Of a stretch of 60,333 bases of DNA, positions 50,113 to 60,333 are shown one piece after another. Numbering within the stretch: the stretch's first letter is position 1; the number at the start of each line of letters is the position of its first letter. The notes below the pieces were generated by a model, which worked only from the letters and a program-made list of their open reading frames with translations, was not told where the DNA came from and searched no databases. The DNA comes from Moniliella sp. 'wahieum'. Its lineage: Eukaryota. Location: assembly GCA_003971905.1 (NCBI GenBank), contig RSEE01000082.1, positions 248,001 through 308,333 of the forward strand. Reading direction: 5' to 3'. The position numbers and the translations under genes were made by a program.

Positions 50113-51895
50113 CGTCAACACCATGTTATGGCCATCGCAATGCTATGTTTTAATTAGACAGTCAGATTCCCCCCGTCCGTACCAGTTCCAAGTCGCTTGT
50201 TCAGCGCACCTTTCAGACCGCGCCGCAGCGCGCCGCCCAGCCGCCAGGAGCTTGCGCCCCCGGCAGCCCAGGCCGCCCACCCGCACGCCCCGGCCAGCAC
50301 CCAAGCCTTGGAGCCAATCCTTCTCCCAAAGTTACGGATCAAATTTGCCGACTTCCCTTACCTACGTTCTCGTTTCAACTAGAGGCTCTTCACCTTGGAG
50401 ACCTGCTGCGGTGATCAGTACGACCGGGCGAGAGACTAGACACGCACCAGGATTTTCACGGGCCGTCGAGCACACACCAGATGCCAGCGTAGCGCCAGCA
50501 CTCTTCCCACGCCCTGCACCGTCTCTCCGGATAACCCGATTCCACGGCGCATTCTCAGCATGGTTAAGCAGAAAAGAAAACTCTTCCTGGGGTACTCGCC
50601 AGCGTCTCCTGGCTTGCTTGCGTTACCGCTCCATACATCCTCATCCCGGCGACGGAATCTTAACCGTCTTCCCTTTCCCGAACCACACCCCCCAAAAGGG
50701 TGCTATGGATCAGCATCAGCCTATCGGTTAGGATCGGCTCACCCATGTCCAACTGCTGTTACCATGGAACCTTTCTCCACTTCAGTCTTCAAGGTTACTC
50801 GCTTGAATATTTGCTACTGCCACCAAGATCTGCACCAGGGGCCGTTCCACGCAGGCTCACGCCCAACGCTTCGGCACAAAACCCCCGCGCCTGCCTACTC
50901 TTTCGCACAACTCTGGCACGAAAGGTGTGGTATGGGAGACACGCTTCAGCGCCATCCATTTTCAGGGCTAGTACATTCGGTTGGTGAGTTGTTACACACT
51001 CCTTAGCGGATTCCGACTTCCATGGCCACCGTCCAACTGTCTAGATGTACCAACACCTTTTGTGTGTCTCATGAGCGTGTACTCTGGCTCCTTAACCACA
51101 CGATCGGTTCATCCCGCATCGCCAGTTCTGCTTACCAAAAATGGCCCACTAGAAACTCACATTCAACGCACAAGCTCAACCAAGCAGCAAGTGCTTCTTA
51201 CGCATTTAAAGTTTGAGAATAGGTTAAGAACATTTCGTCCCCAAGGCCTCTAATCATTCGCTTTACCTCATAAAATTGTTCTCACACGAGCTTCTGCTAT
51301 CCTGAGGGAAACTTCGGCAGGAACCAGCTACTAGATGGTTCGATTAGTCTTTCGCCCCTTTGCCCAGCTCAAACGATCGATTTGCACGTCAGAACCGCGA
51401 CGGACCTCCACCAGGGTTTCCCCTGGCTTCATCCTAGCCAGGCAAAGTTCACCATCTTTCGGGTCCCAACAGGTATGCTCTTGCTCAGACCCATCTTGTG
51501 CGCACACGCAGGGCCGGCCGGTACTGCACCCGAGGGTTCGTACCCACATCACTTTCATTTCGCACGCCGGGTTTGCCACCACATACTCGCATACATGTTA
51601 GACTCCTTGGTCCGTGTTTCAAGACGGGCCGCTGAAAGCCATTAAGCCCATGTCCACCAATGGCAGTCCTCGGTCGCACGCGGGGCATCCACAGCGCGGC
51701 TATAACACTCCCCCCAGAGGGAAAGCCACCTTCCGCGCCGCCTTCTCCCCCACACGCAACCGACATGGGCCCCACGGCCGCCACAGTACACCCCCCGAGA
51801 GGGGCAGACGAGGCGCCGCTCCGGCACTGACTTCCAACGCTTCCCTTTTGGCAATTTCACGTACTCTTTAACTCTCTTTCCAAAGTGCTTTTCAT

Positions 51896-51929
<34 letters not shown>

Positions 51930-52260
51930 TCCCCCTATTTAGCCTTGGATGGCCTTTACCACCCCTCTTTGCGCTGCATTCCCAAACAACGCGACTCGTC
52001 GAGCGCACCCCACAACACGGCACCAGGCCAGACCAAGCACGGGATTCTCACCCTCTCTGATGCTGCTTTCCAGCAGACTTGGCGTCCAGCCGCACCGCAC
52101 GAGGCACGTCTCCAGCTTACAATGCGCCCGCAAGGGAGCTTTCAAATCTGGGCTCATCCCGCTTCGCTCGCCGCTACTAGGGGAATCCATGTTTGTTTCT
52201 CTTCCTCCGCTTATTGATATGCTTAAGTTCAGCGGGTAGTCCTACCTGATCTGAGGTCGA
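49951..52260 (-). rRNA. Isolated, 3'-truncated LSU (25S/28S) rRNA fragment
   Basis: Begins GACCTCAGATCAGGTAGGACTACCCGCTGAACTTAAGCATATCAATAAGCGG; conserved core continues to ...CACTGTCCCT and then breaks; no 5.8S or 18S adjacent. Confidence 0.95.
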
Positions 52261-52395
52261 ATCGGGGGGGTGTTCGTATCGGCCTCCCACTACAACGTCG
52301 CTTCCTACACGGGCGGGTGTGAAAAATTAAAATTTCGCTTAGATGACCACATCACCCAAAAATGAGTAAATTTTTCCGAATATTACCTTCGGCAC

Positions 52396-52670
52396 TTTGG
52401 CCACATGAGGTCAAGCGCTTTGGCCCAAGAGGTCAAGCGCTTTGGCCACATGAGATCAAGCGCTTTGGCCACATGCGTTCAAGCGCTTTGGCCACATGAG
52501 ATCAAGCGCTTTGGCCACATGCGTTCAAGCGCTTTGGCCACATGAGATCAAGCGCTTTGGCCACATGCGCTCAATGGCTTTGGCCACATGCGCTCAAGCG
52601 CTTTGGCCACATGCGCTCAATGGCTTTGGCCACATGCGCTCAAGCGCTTTGGCCACATGCGCTCAAACGC
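52396..52670. repeat. 23-bp tandem array (TTTGGCCACATGCGCTCAAGCGC), ~12 copies
   Basis: Read directly; units vary in the central positions. Confidence 0.95.
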
Positions 52671-54505
52671 TTAGCTGTTGATTGGATGCGTGCTTGTAGG
52701 CTTTCTAACCCGGCTGGTTGGATGGGGCTGGCATCGATCCAGAACTACTAGATTTATAGGCAGGGTAGGTATTTCTTAGGTATAGAATGCATTCGAAGAT
52801 CGCTGGGAAGCGATGACACGGCAACCACGGTTAGGTGTGACGTCAGACGGAAGCACCACAACATAGTAGAGCAGTGAGCGGTACAGAAAGTGGCAGGTTA
52901 GTATGAGGGGAGCGCGCACTAGGGAGACGCTGGCCAAGTCAGCAGCAGCATGGGGTTAGCGAGAGACACAGAAAATGTGCGACGGACTCACAGGTCAGGC
53001 GATCAAGAGGGCCAGTAGCGAGGTCAAGCGGGATGAAGGCGGAATGTACACTGGTAGGGCGAACAAGGTTAGGAACAGCGTTGGCATATAACAGAGAAGG
53101 GACGTACGACGGCGAAAAAGGTCAGATGAGTCGAGGCGAACAAGACGAGACGAACCAACCGTGGGATTCCGTGCATGCAGAGCAGCTGGGTAGATAGTGT
53201 CAGTGGCAGGACAACTCCAAGCGCGAAGTACGGGGGACATACGATGGCAAGGCAGGCCAGCCAAGCGAGAGGACCTCAGGCGAGGCAAAATGGAACCAGA
53301 CGGACAAGGCCGAAGGTGAGCGAAACGGTGCATGCACATCACGCATGCTACCCACAAGGTCAGCAGAAGTGTGGGGAATGCGAAGGAAGCGGGCACGTAC
53401 GATGGCGCTGCGGATCAGGTGAAACGAGGGCAAGATGGCCACCGAGGGGTGTCTGTGTAGGCGGGGTCAGCAACAGAGCGCTGGTGGGCAAGAGAACACA
53501 TACGACAAAAGCAATACAGACAGTGAGAGGGGGCCGGGGCGAGAGGCAGAGGGGGCGTTCACCAGCGATACTGACGAGGCGAGGAGGACGGAGTGTGGCG
53601 GAGAGGGAATGGAGACGTACGGCAGCAATGCAGACCAGGCGCGGAGAACCGAGCGATGGGGACGGGACTAGCAAGGCGGGCAGTAAGCAGTGCAGGCAAC
53701 AACGATGGTGATGTTAGTGGCCAGGGGAAGAAGATGGTGCTGTTGCGCCGTGGCACAGCAGAGCACTCTGAGATGTGTTGGCTGCAGAGATGGGATACTG
53801 GTTGCTGCGGGCGCAATGAGAGGGGCGGTGGTGAGGAGACAGGATGCAACCACAGAGGAGCAGGAGGTTAAAAGGAGGCGCGTGTGGCGCAGCCACATTC
53901 TGTGCGCACAGACCAATCTGGACCACGCCAGGGGCCTAGGTAAGCTATTATATCTGTCTATTAACGCCACAACACTAGCGGCCCCCTGCAGCAGTGTTCA
54001 AGGGTCTAATCATCAATCAAGCTTCAAGAGCGCTCTCTTGAGTTTGCCGATTTGCGACTTGCTGTAGTACTAGTTGTCTCTGTTGCGACGGTGACTGGTT
54101 ACTGGCTTCGCCGAACGCGACGCACTTGCAGCTTCTCTAGCCCCGAGGCTCCGCGGGCTCCGAAGACTGCTGATGCGCGCGTACCCGCGTAAGCCAACGA
54201 CGAATAGCCTTGTCCAGTATAGCCCTCTCGTCCTGCTTCCTACCACCAACGCCTATCTCTCGCCCGCAATCGATCGTTTACGCTACTGTCCCAAACGCTT
54301 CAGCATTCATTGCGGTCTCCATAGCCGGGTGAATCGCTATACAGGTCACGATTATCCTCACTTGATCCATACTAGTGGCCTACGGTGTTACATCAAGCTT
54401 CAAGTGAATGGGCACCACATGACTTCTTATGTTCACGCACGATGCACCAAAGTCCTTGCGCAGGCCGAATGAATGGTCAGTGCTATATCACTGGGAGGAG
54501 CTCCT

Positions 54506-55700
54506 CTAAGTCTTCGGAACTGCGTTCAGGTCCGGGAGCAGCATCGAGCAATGCGGATACACGTCCGCCGGGCCGCCTGCAACGTTTAGCTGACTCTGCA
54601 GCGTGTTCACATATGTGGTGGCATCTGGTGGTGTGTTCGAAGACAAGTTGTTAAACTCTTTTTCCACCCTCGTCCACTGGGCCTGGGCTGTTCGCTCAGT
54701 AGTGTCGCTGCCGTTCTGCGTGAAAACCTGAAGGCGCGCCATGGCAATATGGACAAGGGCAAATTTTTTCACAGCGCACGCTGGAAACCGCTTGAGATGA
54801 GCCGGGAGCGTGTTGCGCATGTTGCCCAACTTCCCCCAGGTCTCACGAATGTAGCCGTCCAGGTTGAACACCGTCCTGTCGGCCTGCGTTGGATGAGGGC
54901 CTTGATGGCGGTACTGGAAATGGGTTAGGAGGGGTTAGCTGCAATCCTGGACACATAATGAGAGATTATGCGCACTCGATGCAGTAAATCATGCCGCAGA
55001 GTATTCCAATGAGGAGTCAGGACCTTCTTGAGCTCATGGAGAAAGTCGTCCATACGTCCTCTCCAAGCGAGGTCAAGAGGTATGCACAGGAGTTGCCGCT
55101 CGCGCGGTTGCCGTAGCAAGTGGGACACGCGCGACCACAGGTGGGCATTGCTAGTAATGGACGCATTCGGGGCGCACCACACGATGATCGCAGGGCAGCA
55201 ACCCACGTCTGCAGGCATTGAAGTTAGTCCTATAATAACCAATGAAGAATATGAGGCGAGCATACCTTTTTGCATCCAAGAACGACCGGTAACCCTGGGG
55301 GCTCGCATTGGCAGACGCCATCAAGTTCTGATAATGAGTCTCCATTCTAGTCTCGATGCGTTCCATACGATCGTTCATGTGGTTGACAGCCCCTACGAGC
55401 ATACGCAAACGTCGTCACAATCTGGTCGTATTAGACCCTTCCTGTAATCTCCCTCGTTGAAGAGGGAAGGGACGGCTGGAAATGATCCTTCCGTTGGGCC
55501 CTGGGCATCGTATCATCGCCGTTGTTGAGCAAAGTGTCGATAGTTGGAAACACTCGCCGAAAGTGCTCATCGCGCTGTGTCCCATCGTTTTCGGTATCAG
55601 GAGCAGAGTTTTCCCCCTCCGTTACGGCCTCCTGGGTCATATCATCATCCACGTCGATGTTTCCTGTGTTGGTCATGTCCAAGGCATTGTTTGCATCCTC
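54506..55700 (-). CDS. Hypothetical multi-exon protein, possibly the accessory gene of the adjacent DNA transposon
   Basis: Consecutive minus-strand protein-like ORFs (55431-55997, 55151-55408, 54925-55308, 54506-54871), divergent from the transposase. Confidence 0.4.
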
Positions 55701-55984
55701 GCCATGGTACTGGGCTTGGGTTAGAATAACATTATTCTCAGAGGGAGCTGTCCCTTGCTGCGACAGTGTTGTCGGCCGCGCCTGCGTGTCGCCCTCGCAG
55801 CAGAAAGCGCTGATCCAGGACGGACAGAAGGTGTGCCCGCCCCTGCCAACGAGGTGCGGCGCCGGAGAGGAATCCGACTGGGGGTTCCTCTTCTGACAAT
55901 TGGAGGGGCCATTGTCGGTACAGTTGGTAAGCTGTATAAGCACAACGGTGTTGGTTGGGAAGGAAGTTGTAATGCGCTTATACA

Positions 55985-56375
55985 CAAGGAGGACCACCGG
56001 GCCTACGGCCCGGTCAGCTGGGGCTTCGCTCCAGCTTGATGCTGCGTCGCCACCTTAGCACCTTTTCCACTTCGCCACCGTAGCCACCGTTCCACGGTCG
56101 CCAACACCGACATAGAGAAATAATATAACCGATGCTTGCTGGCTGCAGGGGGCGTGGAAGGTGGCACGGGGCAGCTGATGTTAAAAGTGCACAGGGCGAA
56201 TCGAGGGATAATATAGGACCGGATGGTGAGAACCGGAGGGTCCTGATATCCTGGCGATCCCTCTGGTTCCTTAACCTTGGTGGCGCATCCAACAAGCAAC
56301 CCCCGCAAGATGAACGGTTATTAGGTTTAGACGCAGGGTTCCCCCTGTCCCAGCCTTACGCTCTGTCAATGAAAT
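55985..56375 (+). mobile_element. Short internally deleted derivative of the 5060-5959 non-LTR element
   Basis: 5' ~170 bp and 3' ~160 bp align to the reverse complement of the two ends of 5060-5959; almost all REL coding sequence is missing. Confidence 0.85.
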
Positions 56376-56849
56376 AGACGCGATCTAGGGATATTGTGAG
56401 AAGAGCCGCATCAGTATGGTCTGTGTGTTTCGACCAGGGTCTATCGCGCCCCGTGCAGTTCAAGGAGCTCCGATGTTGTAACCATTAATTCAATTTAACT
56501 TTTGCGTTTTCTTTTCCCAAGATGCATGATCTCCGCATCCCTAAGGTATAGCCTCTGTTGCTCTTTTTGATGCATCCTTGTATTAGGCGTGTCGTTGGCT
56601 GGTGGCGTATTCGACCACCACACGACCAACACTATAGTGCTATCGCATCACCCATTAGGGTGGCCATCTGGACTGCCACTCTCATCAGATAGGGGATCAC
56701 GAATGTAATACGCCTTGGAAGAGCATCAAAAAGAAGCGGGAGAGCGTGCGTCTCTGGTCTGTATGGGACAGGGGGGGCAAGGTTTAAGGTTGGAGGGCCG
56801 CGATTGTCTGTCGGGCCGGTGGCAAGAAAAGCACCCACACCCATGCATC

Positions 56850-58761
56850 ATGTACAACCCATCGCCCATCCTTACCAAGTCGCCACCGCCAGCCATGCTT
56901 CGACCTCGGCTCAGTGGTGCCGCCCGATGGAACAAGCTCGCACACGTGCACAATGGGACAGAAGCATCTGCTGTACCTGTTTCCTCGGCCTGGTCCACGG
57001 TGCAGCAGAACGGGAGGTTGCTGTTCCAGTGCCGTGCTTGCCCAGTTCGACCGATGACCCAGTTTGATGCACTCAAGCACGCGAAGGTGCGCAAGCACAT
57101 CCATAACGTGGTGCTGGGTGCGAGGATGGGGGCTAGTCACGCCCACGCCATTGACGAGGTGGCCGAAGATGCGAGCATGCCCCCCCAGCCACCTAACGCA
57201 CGCTCGCCTTCCCCTGCTTCCCGTGCCTCTTCACCTGTAGACACTACCATGGCCGAGGACGAGTTAGGCCAGACGCAGCCCAGTGTTTCCTTTGAACCGC
57301 CTTCAAGAGCCCACGGGCGTGTCCTTTGCCGCCCGTGGGCGCGTGACAACCCGCTCGGCGCCTCGAATGAGCGTGTCGAGCAAATCCGCAACCAAGAGAC
57401 TCTCGAGCACTTGCTTTTGGGCCAAGGTGATGATGTGATCGGCGACGAAGATGACTCGAACTGGACTGATGCCGAGGATGACCTCGACTGGGACAGGGAG
57501 ATGATGGGCGCAGGGTCGAACGCCACGGCGCACGCAGCCGGATGCATTGCGTCTTCCGCCACACAGAGACGGCAGCATCACGGCTGGCGGCCCAAGCCTC
57601 ATGCTGCTGAAGCAAGGATCAAGCTTCTGGAACGACTGGTGGCCAATCCCCCAGCGTCATGGCCTGCCGCAGGCGTCTTTGAGTCACCAATGGTACGTCA
57701 CATGTCACATTCTTGCTCTCTTGCTCGTTTGAGTGTGACTGGTGAGATTAACCTGCCAGCCGCAGATCTGGGCAGTTATGAACGTGTTCTATGGCTCGGT
57801 ATTCTCCTTCTCAAGGCGCCAGGCCCGGGCAGCATTGCTCTTGATGCGGCTCGCCCGCTGCTTGCAGTGCGCCATACCTACATGGCACAAGGTGTCGCAA
57901 GTGCGGAGGAAACTCAACGGGCCGTTCACATCTGTTCCGAAGTATGTTGACTCTTCTCTGAGCGAGACGTACTTCAGTCCATTGGATGAGATCGCACGTC
58001 TGGCGTATGGCAACACCCGCTTGCGGAGCGTGATCGAGGACTTGCCAGTGAAGCGAGCTGTGGTGCGCAACGTATCAGATGGCCAACGTTTCTATAAGGT
58101 CATGTCACGACAGCCGACTGCTGTCAACAGCTGCGGGAGAGTATTTTGGTTGGACGAACCCGCGGCTGTGAAGAGGCAGAGACCTGACACACAACCTCCC
58201 CATCCCCAGCGGATCGTTCTTGTCCAAGGATGGCACATTGAAGCTGACTCAAACGCTCCTCGGCGTGTAATGGCCCGTGTGAGAGACATGGTTCTGGATG
58301 ATGGTGCTGGAGGCGCCGCTGGCATGATACGGCAAACATATCGTGTGTCCCCTACAGCTGAACAATCGGTTGTTCCACTCGACGATCTCACGCCCTTCAA
58401 GGAACAGGCCTACCGTCGCCTGTCATTTCGCGACCAGTCTGGTGACGTTGTGGCGCAGAACTCGCTCCGCGCCATGTCTAAGGAGCATGGTGCCGACCGC
58501 GTTATCTTTGCACCCATGATGGCTTGGTGCGACGACGCGCGCGTTTTCAGCCACAGCCGGCAGCGTGCGGGTGCAACAGTCATCTACCTGTCCTGGGCCG
58601 GTCTTCCTCAAAGCCACCTGTTCGCGGATGAGGGTACGAGTTTGTTCATGGTCAAGCTGGGAACTGATGAAGTGCGCGCGTTTGAGGCCCTTGTGCGCCA
58701 GGTCCAGTATGTCTTTGTTACTAAGCTATCTAGACGTATGTTCATTGATACTCTGGTATGA
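56850..58761 (+). mobile_element. Truncated DDE transposase, basidiomycete CMC/EnSpm-Plavaka-like, with an N-terminal C2H2-type zinc finger
   Basis: CRAC...H...KH finger; intron 57693-57765; FSRRQ, VFWLDEP, APMMAWCDD...YLSWAGLP motifs resemble this family (recognised from memory); C-terminal half absent. Confidence 0.6.
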
Positions 58762-59278
58762 GTGACCGATGAAACGATCACCGGCCGCCAACTGCACTAG
58801 TGTCGAATCGCGGCTCTTTTCAGCCTGCACCTGGTACGAATGGCGGCTCTAACCGCTGACTCCCGACCGGTGACAGGCCTGACGTGACGACGCTCCGTCC
58901 CGCCGGCCTGACCAGTGACCGCCCAACGGTGACAGGCATTAATTAAATAGCAACGCCGCCGCCGCCCGCTGCCCGCCGCCGCGACCGCCACCACCACCAC
59001 CCGGAAGGCCGTCCCCACCACCTACGACCACCACCCAACGCAAAATATTTTTTTTCAGCACACCTCCTGATCTAGCTGGCAGACACCATATTCGGTGTCC
59101 TTTGGGGCATAGCCCAACATGATGTTGTACTAAGGTCCAGAGGCCTAGACATATGTTCATTGATACATCTGGTATGAGTGACCGATGAAACGATCACCGG
59201 AGCCTTCAAACTGCACTAGTGTCGATTTGAGGCTCTTTTCAGCCTGCACCTGGTACGAATCGCGGCTCTAACCGCTGA
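58730..59278. repeat. Two diverged ~130-bp direct repeats (58730-58859, 59145-59278)
   Basis: CTAGAC.TATGTTCATTGATAC...GCGGCTCTAACCGCTGA in both; each contains an internal ~30-bp duplication. Confidence 0.9.
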
Positions 59279-59675
59279 TGGGTGGGTCGGGGTGGGTAGG
59301 GTTAGGGATGGGTGGTGTAACTTCTCAACGGTGCGTCGGATTGGAAATCTGAGGCCATATGCTGCATAGAGCGGACGATTTTATAGCGAGCTATCGTCGA
59401 GGCCATCGGAGGGTGGGTGTGTGGGTCGGGTTGGGTAGGGTTAGGGATGGGTGGGTGTAACTTGTCAACGGTGCGTCCAATCGAGAAACGGAGGCCATAT
59501 GCTGCAACGAGCGGACGATTTCGTAGCGAGCTATCGTCGAGGCCATCGGAGGGTGGGTGTTGTGGGGGGTGGGTAGGGTTAGGGATGGGTGGGTGTAACT
59601 TGTCAAGGGTGCGTCCAATCGAGAAACGGAGGCCATATGCTGCATAGAGCGGACGATTTCGTAGCGAGCTATCGC
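59279..59675 (+). repeat. Three ~140-bp G-tract repeats containing GGGTAGGGTTAGGG
   Basis: Read directly; telomere-like TTAGGG is on the + strand. Confidence 0.9.
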
Positions 59676-60333
59676 CTCGGCATAACTCTCTCCCCTTCGG
59701 GTAGCGAGCTATCGCCTCGGCATAACTCTCTCCCCTTCGGGTAGCGAGCTATCGCCTCGGCATAACTCTCTCCCCTTCGGGTAGCGAGCTATCGCCTCGG
59801 CATAACTCTCTCCCTTCTTCGGGTAGCGAGCTATCGCCTCGGCATAACTCTCTCCCCTTCGGTAGCGAGCTATCGCCTCGGCATAACTCTCTCCCCTTCG
59901 GGTAGCGAGCTATCGCCTCGGCATAACTCTCTAACTCTCTCCCTTCGGTAGCGAGCTATCGCCTCGGCATAACTCTCTCCCCTTCGGGTAGCGAGCTATC
60001 GCCTCGGCATAACTCTCTCCCCTTCGGGTAGCGAGCTATCGCCTCGCATAACTCTCTCCCCTTCGGGTAGCGAGCTATCGCCTCGGCATAACTCTCTCCC
60101 CTTCGGGTAGCGAGCTATCGCCTCGGCATAACTCTCTCCCCCTTCGGGTAGCGAGCTATCGCCTCGGCATAACTCTCTCTCCCTTCGGGCGAGCTATCGC
60201 CTCGGCATAACTCTCTCCCCTTCGGGTAGCGAGCTATCGCCTCGGCATAACTCTCTCCCCTTCGGTAGCGAGCTATCGCCTCGCATAACTCTCTCCCCTT
60301 CGGGTAGCGAGCTATCTACCCTCGGCTCCCTTC
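59661..60333. repeat. 40-bp tandem satellite (GTAGCGAGCTATCGCCTCGGCATAACTCTCTCCCCTTCGG), ~16 copies, running to the window end
   Basis: Read directly; near-identical units differing mainly by small indels. Confidence 0.97.

Noticed and set aside
52396..52670. CRISPR-like 23-bp repeats
   Set aside because: Contiguous units with only a few variable bases; a minisatellite
52800..53970. Protein-coding gene in the purine-rich stretch
   Set aside because: Only short compositional ORFs; no motif or splice pattern I could support
58745..58790. Hammerhead ribozyme in the 130-bp repeat (ATGAG...GAAAC)
   Set aside because: No intact CUGANGA core and no convincing stems
59661..60333. CRISPR array
   Set aside because: Head-to-tail repeats with no unique spacers, no cas genes, and a eukaryotic context

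Overview
Eukaryotic, GC-rich fungal genomic DNA, most likely a smut-type basidiomycete (Ustilaginomycotina, inferred from LSU rRNA motifs and intron style). The assembly carries many 1-bp indels that frameshift conserved genes. The left ~15 kb is a gene-poor transposon nest: two solo LTRs with TSDs, a 900-bp REL-endonuclease-only non-LTR element with a 12-bp TSD, and a young full-length Ty1/copia whose gag and pol are in frame across a single UAG. This region is dense in tandem 7-bp quasi-palindromes of the form xy-TNA-y'x'. The middle (16-49 kb) holds housekeeping genes: TALE homeobox, CRAL-TRIO/CSR1-like, DPH7, LTN1 head-to-head with RPL26, an atypical tRNA-Lys, DUF202, IDH1 head-to-head with IDH2, NIC1, Med9-like, Tra2-like RRM and tRNA-Asn. 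The right end (50-60 kb) looks subtelomeric: an orphan truncated LSU rRNA fused to a 23-bp array, a short internally deleted copy of the non-LTR element, a truncated CMC/Plavaka-like transposase, and nested 130-, 140- and 40-bp repeats running to the window end.
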